The translations under genes were made by a program, and so were the position numbers. The notes under the pieces are model-generated. The model ran no database searches, was not told the origin of the DNA, and saw nothing but the letters and a program-made list of their open reading frames with translations. A stretch of 64,000 nucleotides of DNA from a virus, in the IMG/VR virus record IMGVR_UViG_3300028920_000034, positions 89,115-153,114 of that record. One strand, 5' to 3'. Shown here one piece after another: positions 9,981-19,342 of this stretch. The first letter of the stretch is position 1, and the number at the start of each line of letters is the position of its first letter.

Positions 9981-10050
9981 ATTATCAATACACGGTTCTA
10001 CACGGGTCAAGGGAAAAAAACAAGGAGGGTCAAACACTTATATAAGTGTT
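9981..10050 (-). promoter_or_regulatory. sigma70-like promoter for head genes with upstream 18 bp palindrome
   Basis: Minus strand TTGACC-18nt-GATAAT (10010-9981); perfect palindrome AACACTTATATAAGTGTT at 10033-10050. Confidence 0.55.
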
Positions 10051-10069
10051 GTGTAGGTTCGGATTCGAA

Positions 10070-11782
10070 TCAGCGAGGCATCGGGGACGTGCGGAGCGCC
10101 CCGCGGACTTCGCTCATGAACGCCTGAAGCTGTCCCATCTGCATCCCCAGGCGCCGGTTCTCGGTGAGCACCTGATCCAGTTGGCCCCCAAGCCGTCGCT
10201 CGGCCTCACGGCTTCCTGCAAACAGATCTCGCTCCACACCGTACAGCTCTCGGGGGCGCGGGGGCGCGGAACGGTTGTCCGTGAGCATTCTGTTCGGGCT
10301 CCTGGCGGGGAGTCCCCTTGATTCGAATTGCCCTTGCTGGATCTTCATTTCCTCGGTGAGCTCCTCGCGGCGCTGCACCATCACTTTTTCGATCTCAGCG
10401 TCGGAAAAGTTGAACACGTTGGCGAGGAGCCAGTGCTTCGAAACGAGCTCACCCATCTGGGCAGCGAACGTGGCTCGGGTGTTCTGGATCTCGAGGCGCG
10501 CGAGCTCGAAGATGGAGCTCGGCACCGTCATGGCCAGATCGAAGTCCACATAGGCCGGATCGATCCCCTGGCTGGCGAGGTGTACCTTGGCCACCTTCCG
10601 CATCCCCGCCTTGTACTCGCGCTGGACCCGGAGCACCGTCCGGGCGAACCGCACGTCCTCCTGGGAGAGCGTGGCACGGCTCGGGAGGTTCTCATCGTAG
10701 CCCAGGTACGCCTTCGGAATCATCAGGCTGGCGTGGAGCTTGTCACGGAAATAGGCCACGTCTTCCACACCCGTCCAGGTGGGCGTGTTGAGCACGTCCG
10801 CGCGGACCACCTCACGGCTGTCGCGCACCGGGAGGAAGAAATCCTCATCAGTGGACAGGGGGTTGAATCGCAAGTCGAGCTGGCCGGTCCGTGGGTTCAC
10901 GAACTTCTTTTTCTTGAGCTTCCGGCGCATCTCGTCCAGGTACTTCTCTGCGTTCTCGGTGGACAGCTTGCCCACGTCCACGTAGAACGCGAAGCGACTG
11001 GGAGCTCGGGCCAGCCGGCTGATCAGCGCCGCGTCCTCGAGGAGGATGAGACGCTTCCAAACCCACCTGCACGCCTCGAGGATCCCGATCCCGTACATCG
11101 CCCGGCGCCGGTTGCTCCGGAGCCGCATGTGGACCACGCGCCAGGGCTCGAAGAGGGCCACACCGCTGCGCGGCTCGCTCCCCACGCCCTGGTGGAACTG
11201 CATCCCCTCGAGCTGGTTGGGGTTCACCGTGAAGTTGCCCCTGAAGCTCTGCACGAAGCCCTTGAGCTCGCCCTGTTTCCCCTCGAGGCGTCGGCACGTG
11301 GGAGCTGGCAAGAAGTTGAGCCCCTGGACCCCGCGGGAGTTGACCAGGATCTCCTCGAAGTCGTTTCCGTACTTCACCAGCATCCGGATCGATTCCCACG
11401 CTTCATCGTCCACGTGGAGCCGTTTGTGGAGCATGGTGTCGAGCATCCCGCGGATCTGCTCGTCCCGACACACGGACCACATCACATGGTTGGTGCTCGG
11501 ATCTGGAACCGTCGCATCGTCCGCGTAGATGTTCAATGCCGCGTTGCAGTCCGCATACTCATCCATGCGCTCGTAGTCGATCATCCGCGCCATCAGAGCG
11601 TTGGACACCATCAGGGCGTCCTGGACCACGTTCTGCCCGATGTGCTGGACTTGCAGGTTCCCGAATGGATCCATCGGGAAGTCCCCGACGTTTACCCCTC
11701 CGGCTGCCTCAAGCCGCTCCTCGGTGTCGCGGCTGAAAATCCCCCGAACGTAGTTGACGATCCGATTACCCAGGTTCGCCAT
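10070..11782 (-). CDS. Portal protein, T4 gp20-like
   Basis: Y..MD...D.N.AL.IYADDA, LLEDA.LI.RL.RAP.R..FYVDVG, DEDFFLPVR, EDV.YF..KL...L.IPK motifs. Confidence 0.95.
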   Translation of the reverse strand: MANLGNRIVNYVRGIFSRDTEERLEAAGGVNVGDFPMDPFGNLQVQHIGQNVVQDALMVSNALMARMIDYERMDEYADCNAALNIYADDATVPDPSTNHVMWSVCRDEQIRGMLDTMLHKRLHVDDEAWESIRMLVKYGNDFEEILVNSRGVQGLNFLPAPTCRRLEGKQGELKGFVQSFRGNFTVNPNQLEGMQFHQGVGSEPRSGVALFEPWRVVHMRLRSNRRRAMYGIGILEACRWVWKRLILLEDAALISRLARAPSRFAFYVDVGKLSTENAEKYLDEMRRKLKKKKFVNPRTGQLDLRFNPLSTDEDFFLPVRDSREVVRADVLNTPTWTGVEDVAYFRDKLHASLMIPKAYLGYDENLPSRATLSQEDVRFARTVLRVQREYKAGMRKVAKVHLASQGIDPAYVDFDLAMTVPSSIFELARLEIQNTRATFAAQMGELVSKHWLLANVFNFSDAEIEKVMVQRREELTEEMKIQQGQFESRGLPARSPNRMLTDNRSAPPRPRELYGVERDLFAGSREAERRLGGQLDQVLTENRRLGMQMGQLQAFMSEVRGALRTSPMPR

Positions 11783-11790
11783 CTGTTACC

Positions 11791-11919
11791 TCATCCTCGC
11801 GGCCCCTGGCCTGCATTGAATCCCACCAGAAGCCCGAGCATGAAACCGATCACGAAGCCAAGACTGGCCCCGGACACGAAGTTAGGCGCTACGGGCATCA
11901 TGGGTACTGCTTCATCCAT
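11791..11919 (-). CDS. 42 aa membrane peptide
   Basis: My translation MDEAVPMMPVAPNFVSGASLGFVIGFMLGLLVGFNAGQGPRG; directly upstream of the portal. Confidence 0.4.
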   Translation of the reverse strand: MDEAVPMMPVAPNFVSGASLGFVIGFMLGLLVGFNAGQGPRG

Positions 11920-12099
11920 TGCCACTCATCGCTGGCTTGGGATCTAGTCTGAACGCGCCGACACCTCCGGCAATATCGGAACTTCTGCCCCCGGGCCGTG
12001 TACCACGAATGGCCGAAGATCCGGCACAGTATTCCACTGATGCGAGCCATGCTGGTGTCGCTTTCACCCCAAGATACTAGCCGGGATCGCGTGAGAAAT

Positions 12100-12336
12100 C
12101 TATCGCTTGCGGATCCGATACCGACGCGGCTGCTCCGAACGGGGTTCGATGGAGCCGGTACGCTTGCACGTCAGGCACCGCCAGTAGCGCCCCTGTCCGT
12201 CCTCACCGGAGCGAAGCCTACCGCTCCCACAGGTGGGGCAATTCCGAGGCGCTTGGGGCCACACCAGCTCCTCTGGCTCCTCCTCCTGGCCCGCCAGGGG
12301 AAACACCAGATCGAAGGGATCCCGCGCCGCGGTCAC
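12100..12336 (-). CDS. Small Zn-ribbon protein
   Basis: GTG overlapping the upstream stop; CPTCGS...WRCLTC. Confidence 0.55.
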   Translation of the reverse strand: MTAARDPFDLVFPLAGQEEEPEELVWPQAPRNCPTCGSGRLRSGEDGQGRYWRCLTCKRTGSIEPRSEQPRRYRIRKR

Positions 12337-12947
12337 GGGCGCGCGGGAGCTGGACGTGAATCGGTTGCCGGAGGGGCCGCGGGTGGCCGTGGCGCCGGGG
12401 CCGGGGGAGCTGCCGCCGGGGCCGGGGGCGCCTGGCAGCCAAACGCCTTCATCATGTCCAGGAACATCTGGACGGTCTTTTTCGCTTTCTCTGGTAGGAA
12501 CTCGAGGGCCTGGGCCACGAAACACGCGCTGGCCTTCACCACAGGTAGCACGTCCAAGGGGAGACCTGACTTCTGGGCCTCCGCCAAGGTGATACTTGCC
12601 TCCGCAGTTGTGAACCCGGCGTTGGCCGTCTTCTCGGCTTGGGGCCACGTGACCGTCATGAAGTGCTTGAACTTGGCGTAGCAGCTCACCCAGGTCGGAT
12701 CCGCGCTGTGGTCCTGCCCCATGCAGGCTCGGTACTTCACCGTCCCCGGCTTGTCCACCTTTTCGCAGATCGGGATCTTGCACGCATCCTGCTTTGCCTT
12801 GTCCGCCGTAGTCAGGCCGATGTTCGCCATGCTCAGGGCCGCCCGGCCCGACTGGACAGCCACCTTGGCCGCGAAGAACTTGTCCGCGCATCCGGTCACC
12901 AGCATCACCGCCAGCACCGCCGGGAGCACTCGCATCATCCGTTTCAT
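12333..12947 (-). CDS. Lipoprotein
   Basis: GGAGGAG RBS; MKRMMRVLPAVLAVMLVTG|C lipobox; Pro/Ala tail. Confidence 0.7.
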   Translation of the reverse strand: MKRMMRVLPAVLAVMLVTGCADKFFAAKVAVQSGRAALSMANIGLTTADKAKQDACKIPICEKVDKPGTVKYRACMGQDHSADPTWVSCYAKFKHFMTVTWPQAEKTANAGFTTAEASITLAEAQKSGLPLDVLPVVKASACFVAQALEFLPEKAKKTVQMFLDMMKAFGCQAPPAPAAAPPAPAPRPPAAPPATDSRPAPARP

Positions 12948-12978
12948 CTTGGACTCCTCCTGGCCCCCTCGGGGCCGT

Positions 12979-13254
12979 TCATGGTTCGCCGGGCATCGCC
13001 CGGATGATCTTCCAGTCCCGCGCCGTTTCGCGCCTGGTAGCCGGCCGGCTTCGCACCTGGCGCCTCGAGCACCACACCCGGAACTCCTCCGCAGTACACG
13101 CGCCCACACGCGGGCCCCCGTGACCATTGCGTTCGATGTACTTGAGCTCATCGCCTTGCTTCGCGTACACGCGCCTGGAGTGAGTTGGGCTCTCGAATAC
13201 CAACCTGGCCAACGAATTCAGATCTGCCTCGCCAATGCGAAACGAGCTCGCCAT
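12979..13254 (-). CDS. Hypothetical protein
   Basis: AGGAGG RBS before ATG 13254. Confidence 0.55.
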   Translation of the reverse strand: MASSFRIGEADLNSLARLVFESPTHSRRVYAKQGDELKYIERNGHGGPRVGACTAEEFRVWCSRRQVRSRPATRRETARDWKIIRAMPGEP

Positions 13255-13292
13255 CGGCTCCCTCCTGGTGGCCCAGCCCCGGGCCTCACTCA

Positions 13293-13568
13293 CTACGCCG
13301 GAGGCGTTCCTCCACACGTGCTCACCCCCACGTCTGCATACTCCCACAGCTTGTCCACTGGCACGAAGAACGGCTTGTCCAGGATCTCGAGCTCAAGTGT
13401 CTCCGCCTGGTCATCCCAGGCGTACCCGAGCTTGAACCGAAGGGTCCCGAAGAACTCGACCGCCCCGTCTGGTGTGCTCGGCATTTCGATGGCCGCCGCC
13501 CCGAGGCCAGCCCGGATGGCATCCATCACCTCGGAGGTGACTGCCGTATAAGTCCTGGTGTCCGCCAT
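13293..13568 (-). CDS. Hypothetical protein
   Basis: GGAGGAG RBS. Confidence 0.65.
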   Translation of the reverse strand: MADTRTYTAVTSEVMDAIRAGLGAAAIEMPSTPDGAVEFFGTLRFKLGYAWDDQAETLELEILDKPFFVPVDKLWEYADVGVSTCGGTPPA

Positions 13569-13651
13569 GCTGTTCTCCTCCTACAGCGAGGAGGGCAGCT
13601 TACCACGGACAGATCGAACGATGAAAGGGCGGGAAAAATGAAACAGTGCTG

Positions 13652-14086
13652 CTACGGTCCGCTCACCCGGACAATCACCGCTCTCTCGCCAGTATTGGCT
13701 CCACCCATGACTCGAATCCCGGACGGGAACGTGTAGTATCGCCCAGCGGCGGGACCATTCGCTCCACCGTCGCCGCCCATCTTCTTGAGCATCTTGTCCA
13801 AGGGCTCCCATACCATGTTGGCCATCGCCACCAGGTTGTCAGGGGCGTTGGGGATGCTTTTGTAGCCGATGTTGAACACCCGGCTGTCCCCCCGCTTGAG
13901 AGCTCGAAGGCGCTTGATCCCCTGCTTCTTGAGCTGGGCTTTGATCTTGTCTGCCATGCTGATGATCTCAGCCACTTGCTCCTCGCTCGCAGCTTCACCC
14001 ATGGCGCCAGTGGCACCAATGGCAGGAAAGTCCACCAGGCCCTGGTGCCCTCGCTCCTCCCGGAGCAATGCGTCTAGCCGATCCAT
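13652..14086 (-). CDS. Putative head cargo protein (leader MDRLDALLREE...MGE|A)
   Basis: AAGGAGG RBS; leader motif; basic mature part. Confidence 0.6.
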   Translation of the reverse strand: MDRLDALLREERGHQGLVDFPAIGATGAMGEAASEEQVAEIISMADKIKAQLKKQGIKRLRALKRGDSRVFNIGYKSIPNAPDNLVAMANMVWEPLDKMLKKMGGDGGANGPAAGRYYTFPSGIRVMGGANTGERAVIVRVSGP

Positions 14087-14151
14087 CGTTGCCTCCTTGT
14101 TCGCCGGCACGATGGCCGGGGCTTGCTTGAATTCGCGCCCCTATCCTAGCA

Positions 14152-14415
14152 CTACCGGGCGCTCGCATTCCAGTGCTCACCGAGCTGCTGTAGCCGGAGC
14201 TCCAGGAGCTCGCTCTGGCGGAGTCGCTGGCACGCCACCCACACGTGCGCCCAGAACCCCACCGACAACACCATCCCGCACGCGCACACGGCCGCAGCGA
14301 TGTTGTCCATGATGGTGCGGTCCATGATCCCGAACAGCACCGTCCCCAACAGGAACAGCGCGCCGAACACCAGGAACACCCACCCGATCATCTTCGGTTT
14401 CCGATCTTGTTTCAT
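14152..14415 (-). CDS. Two-TM membrane protein
   Basis: Two hydrophobic helices; directly downstream of element copy B. Confidence 0.6.
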   Translation of the reverse strand: MKQDRKPKMIGWVFLVFGALFLLGTVLFGIMDRTIMDNIAAAVCACGMVLSVGFWAHVWVACQRLRQSELLELRLQQLGEHWNASAR

Positions 14416-14455
14416 GGCTCCAATCTCCCCGGGCCACCACGGCCCGCAAATCAAA

Positions 14456-14523
14456 CCCTCAAGACTCTTCTCCTCTAACAGAGAGAGATAAGGTTAAGTA
14501 AGAAGAAGCAACAGCCGTGCCAA
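14456..14523 (-). repeat. ~70 bp intergenic element, copy B
   Basis: Minus strand TTGGCACGGCTGTTGCTTCTTCTTACTTAACCTTATCTC...AAGAGTCTTGAGGG. Confidence 0.85.
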
Positions 14524-14532
14524 GTTGAGGTG

Positions 14533-14796
14533 CTACTTGCGGCGCTGGGCATCGAAGGCCGCACGGGTGGCCTCCACCATCGCCCTGGTGGCACCGTTGA
14601 TGTGCTCCCACACGCCGTCCAGCGTGGCCTCGGAGAGCTGGCCTCGCTCGAGCTGGGTTGCGAGCTGGGTGGCCTGGGCCCCAAGGGCGCGGAGGGCCGA
14701 GACGGCACTCTCGCGGTCCTCGCCGGCCGCCGGCCGGACAGTGGGCACGTCCGCCCGCATCCGAACCTCCTCTTTCAACTGTGCCGCGTAGCTCAT
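14533..14796 (-). CDS. Hypothetical helical protein
   Basis: GAGG RBS. Confidence 0.55.
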   Translation of the reverse strand: MSYAAQLKEEVRMRADVPTVRPAAGEDRESAVSALRALGAQATQLATQLERGQLSEATLDGVWEHINGATRAMVEATRAAFDAQRRK

Positions 14797-14855
14797 GGTA
14801 CACCTCGTCGGGCCGCTTTCGCTTGCTTGCCCTTAACTACCCTTATCGTGCCCGA

Positions 14856-14889
14856 AATATGGAGGGGATACAAGCCCTGTCAAGGGCTT
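14856..14889 (-). promoter_or_regulatory. Possible sigma70 promoter with inverted repeat over the -35
   Basis: Minus strand AAGCCCT-TGAC-AGGGCTT; TTGACA-16nt-CATATT. Confidence 0.35.
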
Positions 14890-14899
14890 AGACGAAAAG

Positions 14900-17131
14900 C
14901 TACCTGGTGATGTACTGCGCGTTCACGGTCGCGCGCTGCGTCACCTTGGCCGGATCGCCATCCTTGGAGTGGTTCCAGTTTCCGATCTGGAGGTACACGC
15001 GCGCCTGGTGACCCACCTTGTGGGTGGGGAGCTTGGGCTGCCGTTTCTCGTAGATGATGCTCTGCATCCCGAGCATCTTCCTGGGCCCCTCGTCCACGGA
15101 CCAGCCGTGCGAACTCGCCCAGCCCTGGATGGCTCGCTTGAGCTCCCAGAGCTCCTTGCTCGAAAGCGGCTTCTTGCGCGTGCTCAGGGCGCTACTCATC
15201 TGGGTGTACTGATGTGGTGAGCCCTGATACTCCACCTTGCTGGTGAACTTCGGGCGCTTGATCCCAAGGGGCCGGAGCAATGGCCACAGGGCCGCCAGGT
15301 CCTTGGGCACGGTGTCACCCTTGATCAGCTTGGGGCGCGCCGCCTCGTCCAGGTCCTCGAGCCCAGCGTCCTGGCGGAGCTCACCCAGGAGCCCACCGAG
15401 GTTGTCCTCGTCCTCCACGGACACGACGTTGCGGTTGCCGCCGGTGGCGATCTCCTCCTTGAACAGATCGGTGAGGGGGCGCCAATCGTACTTCCGGTCC
15501 CCCTTCCACACCTTCCGCATGTCCACCATGGTCTCGTCCAGCATCTTGGGCTTGACGTTGGCGTTCTTGTGCTCGGTGTAGGTGGACACGCTGAATTCGG
15601 TCATCCTGGGCGGAATTCGCACGATCATGGTGTGCTTCCCCAGCTTGGACTTCGTGACCCACCGCCCGGACACGGTGCCACCGGTGCCCTTGTCCCCGGT
15701 GAACCCCTTGACGCTGCCACCGATGGCCTTGCGGACCGCCTGGTCCAGCATCTTGATGATCATCATCTTGGCCTGGTGAAGCTGCTCGGGGCTGGCTGCC
15801 TCCCCGAGCTCCTGGTCCTCGAGCTCCATCCGCCCGCGCCCGCGCCCGGTCCCGTGCGGACCCTTGCCGTCCTGGACGCCGCTGCCCCGAGGTTTTCGAC
15901 CACACTTGCCCTTGGCCTCCTCGAGCTCACCGAGGAGCTCACCGAGGGAGTCCTGACCCTCGTTCGCGGCGAACGGGCTACGCTTGTTGCCCGTGCCCAG
16001 CACGTACCAGCTCCCGGTGTTCGGGTCCTCGAAGTAACCCTTTTCCCCGCTCAGACCGTGGCCACCGTGGAACACGAGTCCCTGGCGCTCGGCCCACTTT
16101 TTCAGGTAGCCCTCGGAGCCGCGCTTCACCAGCACATAGCCTTGCGAGCTTCCCCGGTCAGGCGCCTTGTAGAGGCCCGCGTGCTTTTTCATGATGCCCT
16201 CGTCCAGCTCCCGCCCCTCGGGGAACAGCCCGGGCTGGCTGCCGGAGGGCATCTTGCTCGCCTTGCGGCGCCGCTTGTCGCGCATCTTCACGCGCTGCGA
16301 GGGCTCGTAGTAGTCCTTGCTGGTGAAGTAGCGATTGAAGATCTCATCCGCCATCATCCGGCCGGAAATCCGCAGCATGATCCCGTAGAACACCAGAGCC
16401 GCGTTGTCCGGGACAGCCCGAAGGTAGCTGCCCATCTTCGGGTGAACCTTGCTGGCGTTCCGAAGGAACATCTGAAATGCCTTGCGGGGAGCCCTGGCGA
16501 TCACGTCCTGGGCATCGGGGATGTTGTCCGCGCCGAAAATGGCCGGGAGCTCCTCACGCGGCGCCGCTTCGATGGCGTCTCGAGTCTTCTTGAATAGGAG
16601 CATCTCAGGCCCGTGGCCGCCCTCGTCCTTCATCATTTTCAGCAATGGCGCGTCCACCTTGAACGAGCCAAGGCGACTGCGTTTCCCGCCGCTGCCCGTG
16701 GCCGCCCGCTTCTGGCGCTCGTTCAGGAGCCCAGCGTGGAACAGGATGTTGTCCGACTCCTCGAGCACCACCCCCATGAGGGCGCCCATCCGTTGCTCGT
16801 CCGTGCTCTCCCAGAGGTGCTTTCCCCACTTGCGCTGAATGTCCATTGCCACCTTTCGGGGCGTGAGCCCCTTGGAGCGCCACTTGAATCCGTGGTGTCC
16901 CTCTTCCGTTTCGCTATCGACCCAGGACTCCACGCTCAGGGCCCCTCCGCTGCGAATCGGCATGATGTAGATCACGCCGAAGGGCACGTTCACCCCGATG
17001 GTGTCCGAGCCTTTGGTCCGGGAGTAGCTGGGGTTGGCGCCCACGGTTCCGTTGAGAATTCCGGCCACCTCGCCCCACCACTTCATGAACCCCGTCTTGT
17101 CTTCGCGAGCAATCTTGTCCAGCGTTTTCAT
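14900..17131 (-). CDS. Putative cargo polyprotein (about 6 basic modules separated by acidic leader/cleavage linkers)
   Basis: Linkers VLEES..LLNE|R, ELDE|G, DSLGELLGELEE|A, ELGE|A, DNLGGLLGELRQDAGLEDLDE|A. Confidence 0.7.
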   Translation of the reverse strand: MKTLDKIAREDKTGFMKWWGEVAGILNGTVGANPSYSRTKGSDTIGVNVPFGVIYIMPIRSGGALSVESWVDSETEEGHHGFKWRSKGLTPRKVAMDIQRKWGKHLWESTDEQRMGALMGVVLEESDNILFHAGLLNERQKRAATGSGGKRSRLGSFKVDAPLLKMMKDEGGHGPEMLLFKKTRDAIEAAPREELPAIFGADNIPDAQDVIARAPRKAFQMFLRNASKVHPKMGSYLRAVPDNAALVFYGIMLRISGRMMADEIFNRYFTSKDYYEPSQRVKMRDKRRRKASKMPSGSQPGLFPEGRELDEGIMKKHAGLYKAPDRGSSQGYVLVKRGSEGYLKKWAERQGLVFHGGHGLSGEKGYFEDPNTGSWYVLGTGNKRSPFAANEGQDSLGELLGELEEAKGKCGRKPRGSGVQDGKGPHGTGRGRGRMELEDQELGEAASPEQLHQAKMMIIKMLDQAVRKAIGGSVKGFTGDKGTGGTVSGRWVTKSKLGKHTMIVRIPPRMTEFSVSTYTEHKNANVKPKMLDETMVDMRKVWKGDRKYDWRPLTDLFKEEIATGGNRNVVSVEDEDNLGGLLGELRQDAGLEDLDEAARPKLIKGDTVPKDLAALWPLLRPLGIKRPKFTSKVEYQGSPHQYTQMSSALSTRKKPLSSKELWELKRAIQGWASSHGWSVDEGPRKMLGMQSIIYEKRQPKLPTHKVGHQARVYLQIGNWNHSKDGDPAKVTQRATVNAQYITR

Positions 17132-17135
17132 CCTG

Positions 17136-18035
17136 TCACCTCTTGCGCGTCGTCACGGACAGCTTGGCCACGCCGAACTGGACGTTGGGCACCTGGGCCG
17201 TGATGGTGAAGTAGCCCGGCACGGTCACCAGGAGGGTGTCCTCCTCGTCCGCCAGGGCCGGCTGTTCGATGTACTTGCCGCCCAGTTTCGGGGCGAGCTT
17301 GCGGAGGGCGCTCCGGAGGTTCGCCCACTGGTCTCCCTTGGCCTCGCGATAGACCGGTTTGTACCAGGCCCGCTTCACCCAGTGGGGAGCCTTCGTGTTG
17401 CGGCGCCAGCCTTTGTCCTTGAGCCACTGGTCCAAGATCGGCATGAGCTCCCACGGGTCACGCCGCTGGGCATTGGCCTCGAGGATCAGATTACCGAGCT
17501 CGCGGACTGCCTGGAGGATGTGCTCCACCTGGGCGAACCGGGTATGCCTGGCCAGAAAACACTTCTCGCACTGGTAGTCCGTCTTGCGCTTCACGCCGCC
17601 GCACGTGGGGCACCTGGTCCGCTTCTTGACTTTGCGCTCCCCGCTGCCCAGGTCCACAGGGATGCTTTGCTGGTGGAGCTTGGCGCACCGTGGACACCAC
17701 TTCGTGCCCTTGCCGGCCGTCTTGGCCAGCTTTCGCTTGCAGTCGATACAGCGCCCCAGGAGCTCACCCGTGTGGGCCTCCTTGCGCGTGGGGGGCAACC
17801 TGAAGTCGGCCAGCTTCTGGCGACGTGTCGCCGGCTCTGGCGGGGGCTCGAGGGGCTCCGGGTCCGCCTGAGCCGGCGCCTGGCGAGGTGGCCTCCGGGG
17901 GTTGGGCACACGTCGCACGCGCGTGCGGGCTCTCGTGGCCCGCTTGCGCTCGGCCGCCCCGGAGAAGTCCAGGCCGATCTGGCTCACCTGGGCCCTGAGC
18001 TCCATCAGGAGCTCCTGGATCGCCTCAAGGTTCAT
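17136..18035 (-). CDS. Zn-finger protein with leader-like start MNLEAIQELLMELR
   Basis: Four CxxC pairs. Confidence 0.65.
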   Translation of the reverse strand: MNLEAIQELLMELRAQVSQIGLDFSGAAERKRATRARTRVRRVPNPRRPPRQAPAQADPEPLEPPPEPATRRQKLADFRLPPTRKEAHTGELLGRCIDCKRKLAKTAGKGTKWCPRCAKLHQQSIPVDLGSGERKVKKRTRCPTCGGVKRKTDYQCEKCFLARHTRFAQVEHILQAVRELGNLILEANAQRRDPWELMPILDQWLKDKGWRRNTKAPHWVKRAWYKPVYREAKGDQWANLRSALRKLAPKLGGKYIEQPALADEEDTLLVTVPGYFTITAQVPNVQFGVAKLSVTTRKR

Positions 18036-18037
18036 CC

Positions 18038-18697
18038 CTACCACCCCGGCGCCGGGCGCGCCTCGCGCGGCTTGAGCTTCACCTGGCCGTGAAGGAGCTG
18101 CATCCCGTATTCGGTCCAGAACTCCTTGGGGTTGTAGAACGAATCGATCTCCTGCCCCTGCTTCGCCAGGAGCACGAAGGGGAGGCGCTGGCTCTGGACT
18201 GCCTCGCTTCTGCGCCCGAGGCTCCACCCGTTGGGCAGGAGCACCGTGGTCTGCGGGTACATCTTGAGGGTGGCCAGCGTCTTGCGGAACACCTCCTGGG
18301 CGTCCAGCCCCTCGAGCTCATCCCAGCGCCCCGCCGTGGGGCCCTGGTAGAAGTAGCTGTAGGACTTCCCAGCGCGGCGGATCTTGACCACCGATCTCTG
18401 ATCGGCAAGGCGAGGGCGCGCCTCCATCAGCCCGGACTCCTCGCGGAGCTGCCCGAGGAGCTCACCGAGAGCGTCCCCCTCGAGCATTTCGATGTTGCCC
18501 ATCTTGCGGGGGCTGCCCTTCGGCTCTCCGCTCTCCAGGTCCAGCTCGAGGTAGTAGAGGTTGCCACCCTTGCCGGGCTTCTTGAGGCTCACCACGTAGG
18601 ACTTGGCATCCGCTCCCGCGGTCACCACCTCCCACTCCTGGCCGTCCACTTCGATGGTCTCGTAGGGAACGGGGAGCATGTACTGGGTTGGGGCCAT
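18038..18697 (-). CDS. Two-module putative cargo protein
   Basis: Internal linker DALGELLGQLREESGLME|A. Confidence 0.7.
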   Translation of the reverse strand: MAPTQYMLPVPYETIEVDGQEWEVVTAGADAKSYVVSLKKPGKGGNLYYLELDLESGEPKGSPRKMGNIEMLEGDALGELLGQLREESGLMEARPRLADQRSVVKIRRAGKSYSYFYQGPTAGRWDELEGLDAQEVFRKTLATLKMYPQTTVLLPNGWSLGRRSEAVQSQRLPFVLLAKQGQEIDSFYNPKEFWTEYGMQLLHGQVKLKPREARPAPGW

Positions 18698-18706
18698 GGG
18701 GTCCTC

Positions 18707-19330
18707 CTACCGCTTCTCGCGGGTGGCGCTGAGTACCTTGAACGCCTTGTCCTTGCGGAGGCGTTTCAGCTCCAGGCCGGTGACGCTGGTGATCTCGTAG
18801 ACGGTGCCGTGCTTCGGGTCCTCGCGGGAGCCCACGTTGCCGTACTCCTCCGCGCGATACCAGGGGTCCGTCTCCCTGGTCATCTTGCCGGTGGGCGGAT
18901 TCACCGCCTTCACCTCCACACGCCACCGCACGTAGTCCTCCTCTTTCTCCTGGGGCTGCTTCTTGCCGGCGAGGAGGGCCTTGAGCTTGCGAGCGCGCTC
19001 GGGGTGGTACTTCTGATAGCCGGACTTGAGCCAGGTCTCGGTGCCCTGGCGGATCAGGTCATCCGCGATAGGGCGCTGAATGCGCTGCTCCTTGCCCATC
19101 GAATAGAGCTGTTTGTAGGTCACCGCATCGTCCGTCACCCGGGTCACGAAGATGCCACTGGGCGAGCTCGAGGCGCCCATGAAATACACCTGGTTCGGGA
19201 AGATGGTCATCCCGCCGAGCTTGCGGAGACCGCCGGACCCGATGGCGTACATGGTCTCGTCCAGGGGCTCGTCCGAGCCGCCGCGGATCTGCTCGAGTAG
19301 CCGGGCCAGCTTCTGGGTTCTGATGCTCAT
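18707..19330 (-). CDS. Putative cargo protein
   Basis: Leader MSIRTQKLARLLEQIRGGSDEPLDE|T. Confidence 0.7.
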   Translation of the reverse strand: MSIRTQKLARLLEQIRGGSDEPLDETMYAIGSGGLRKLGGMTIFPNQVYFMGASSSPSGIFVTRVTDDAVTYKQLYSMGKEQRIQRPIADDLIRQGTETWLKSGYQKYHPERARKLKALLAGKKQPQEKEEDYVRWRVEVKAVNPPTGKMTRETDPWYRAEEYGNVGSREDPKHGTVYEITSVTGLELKRLRKDKAFKVLSATREKR

Positions 19331-19342
19331 CGTGTTCTCCTG

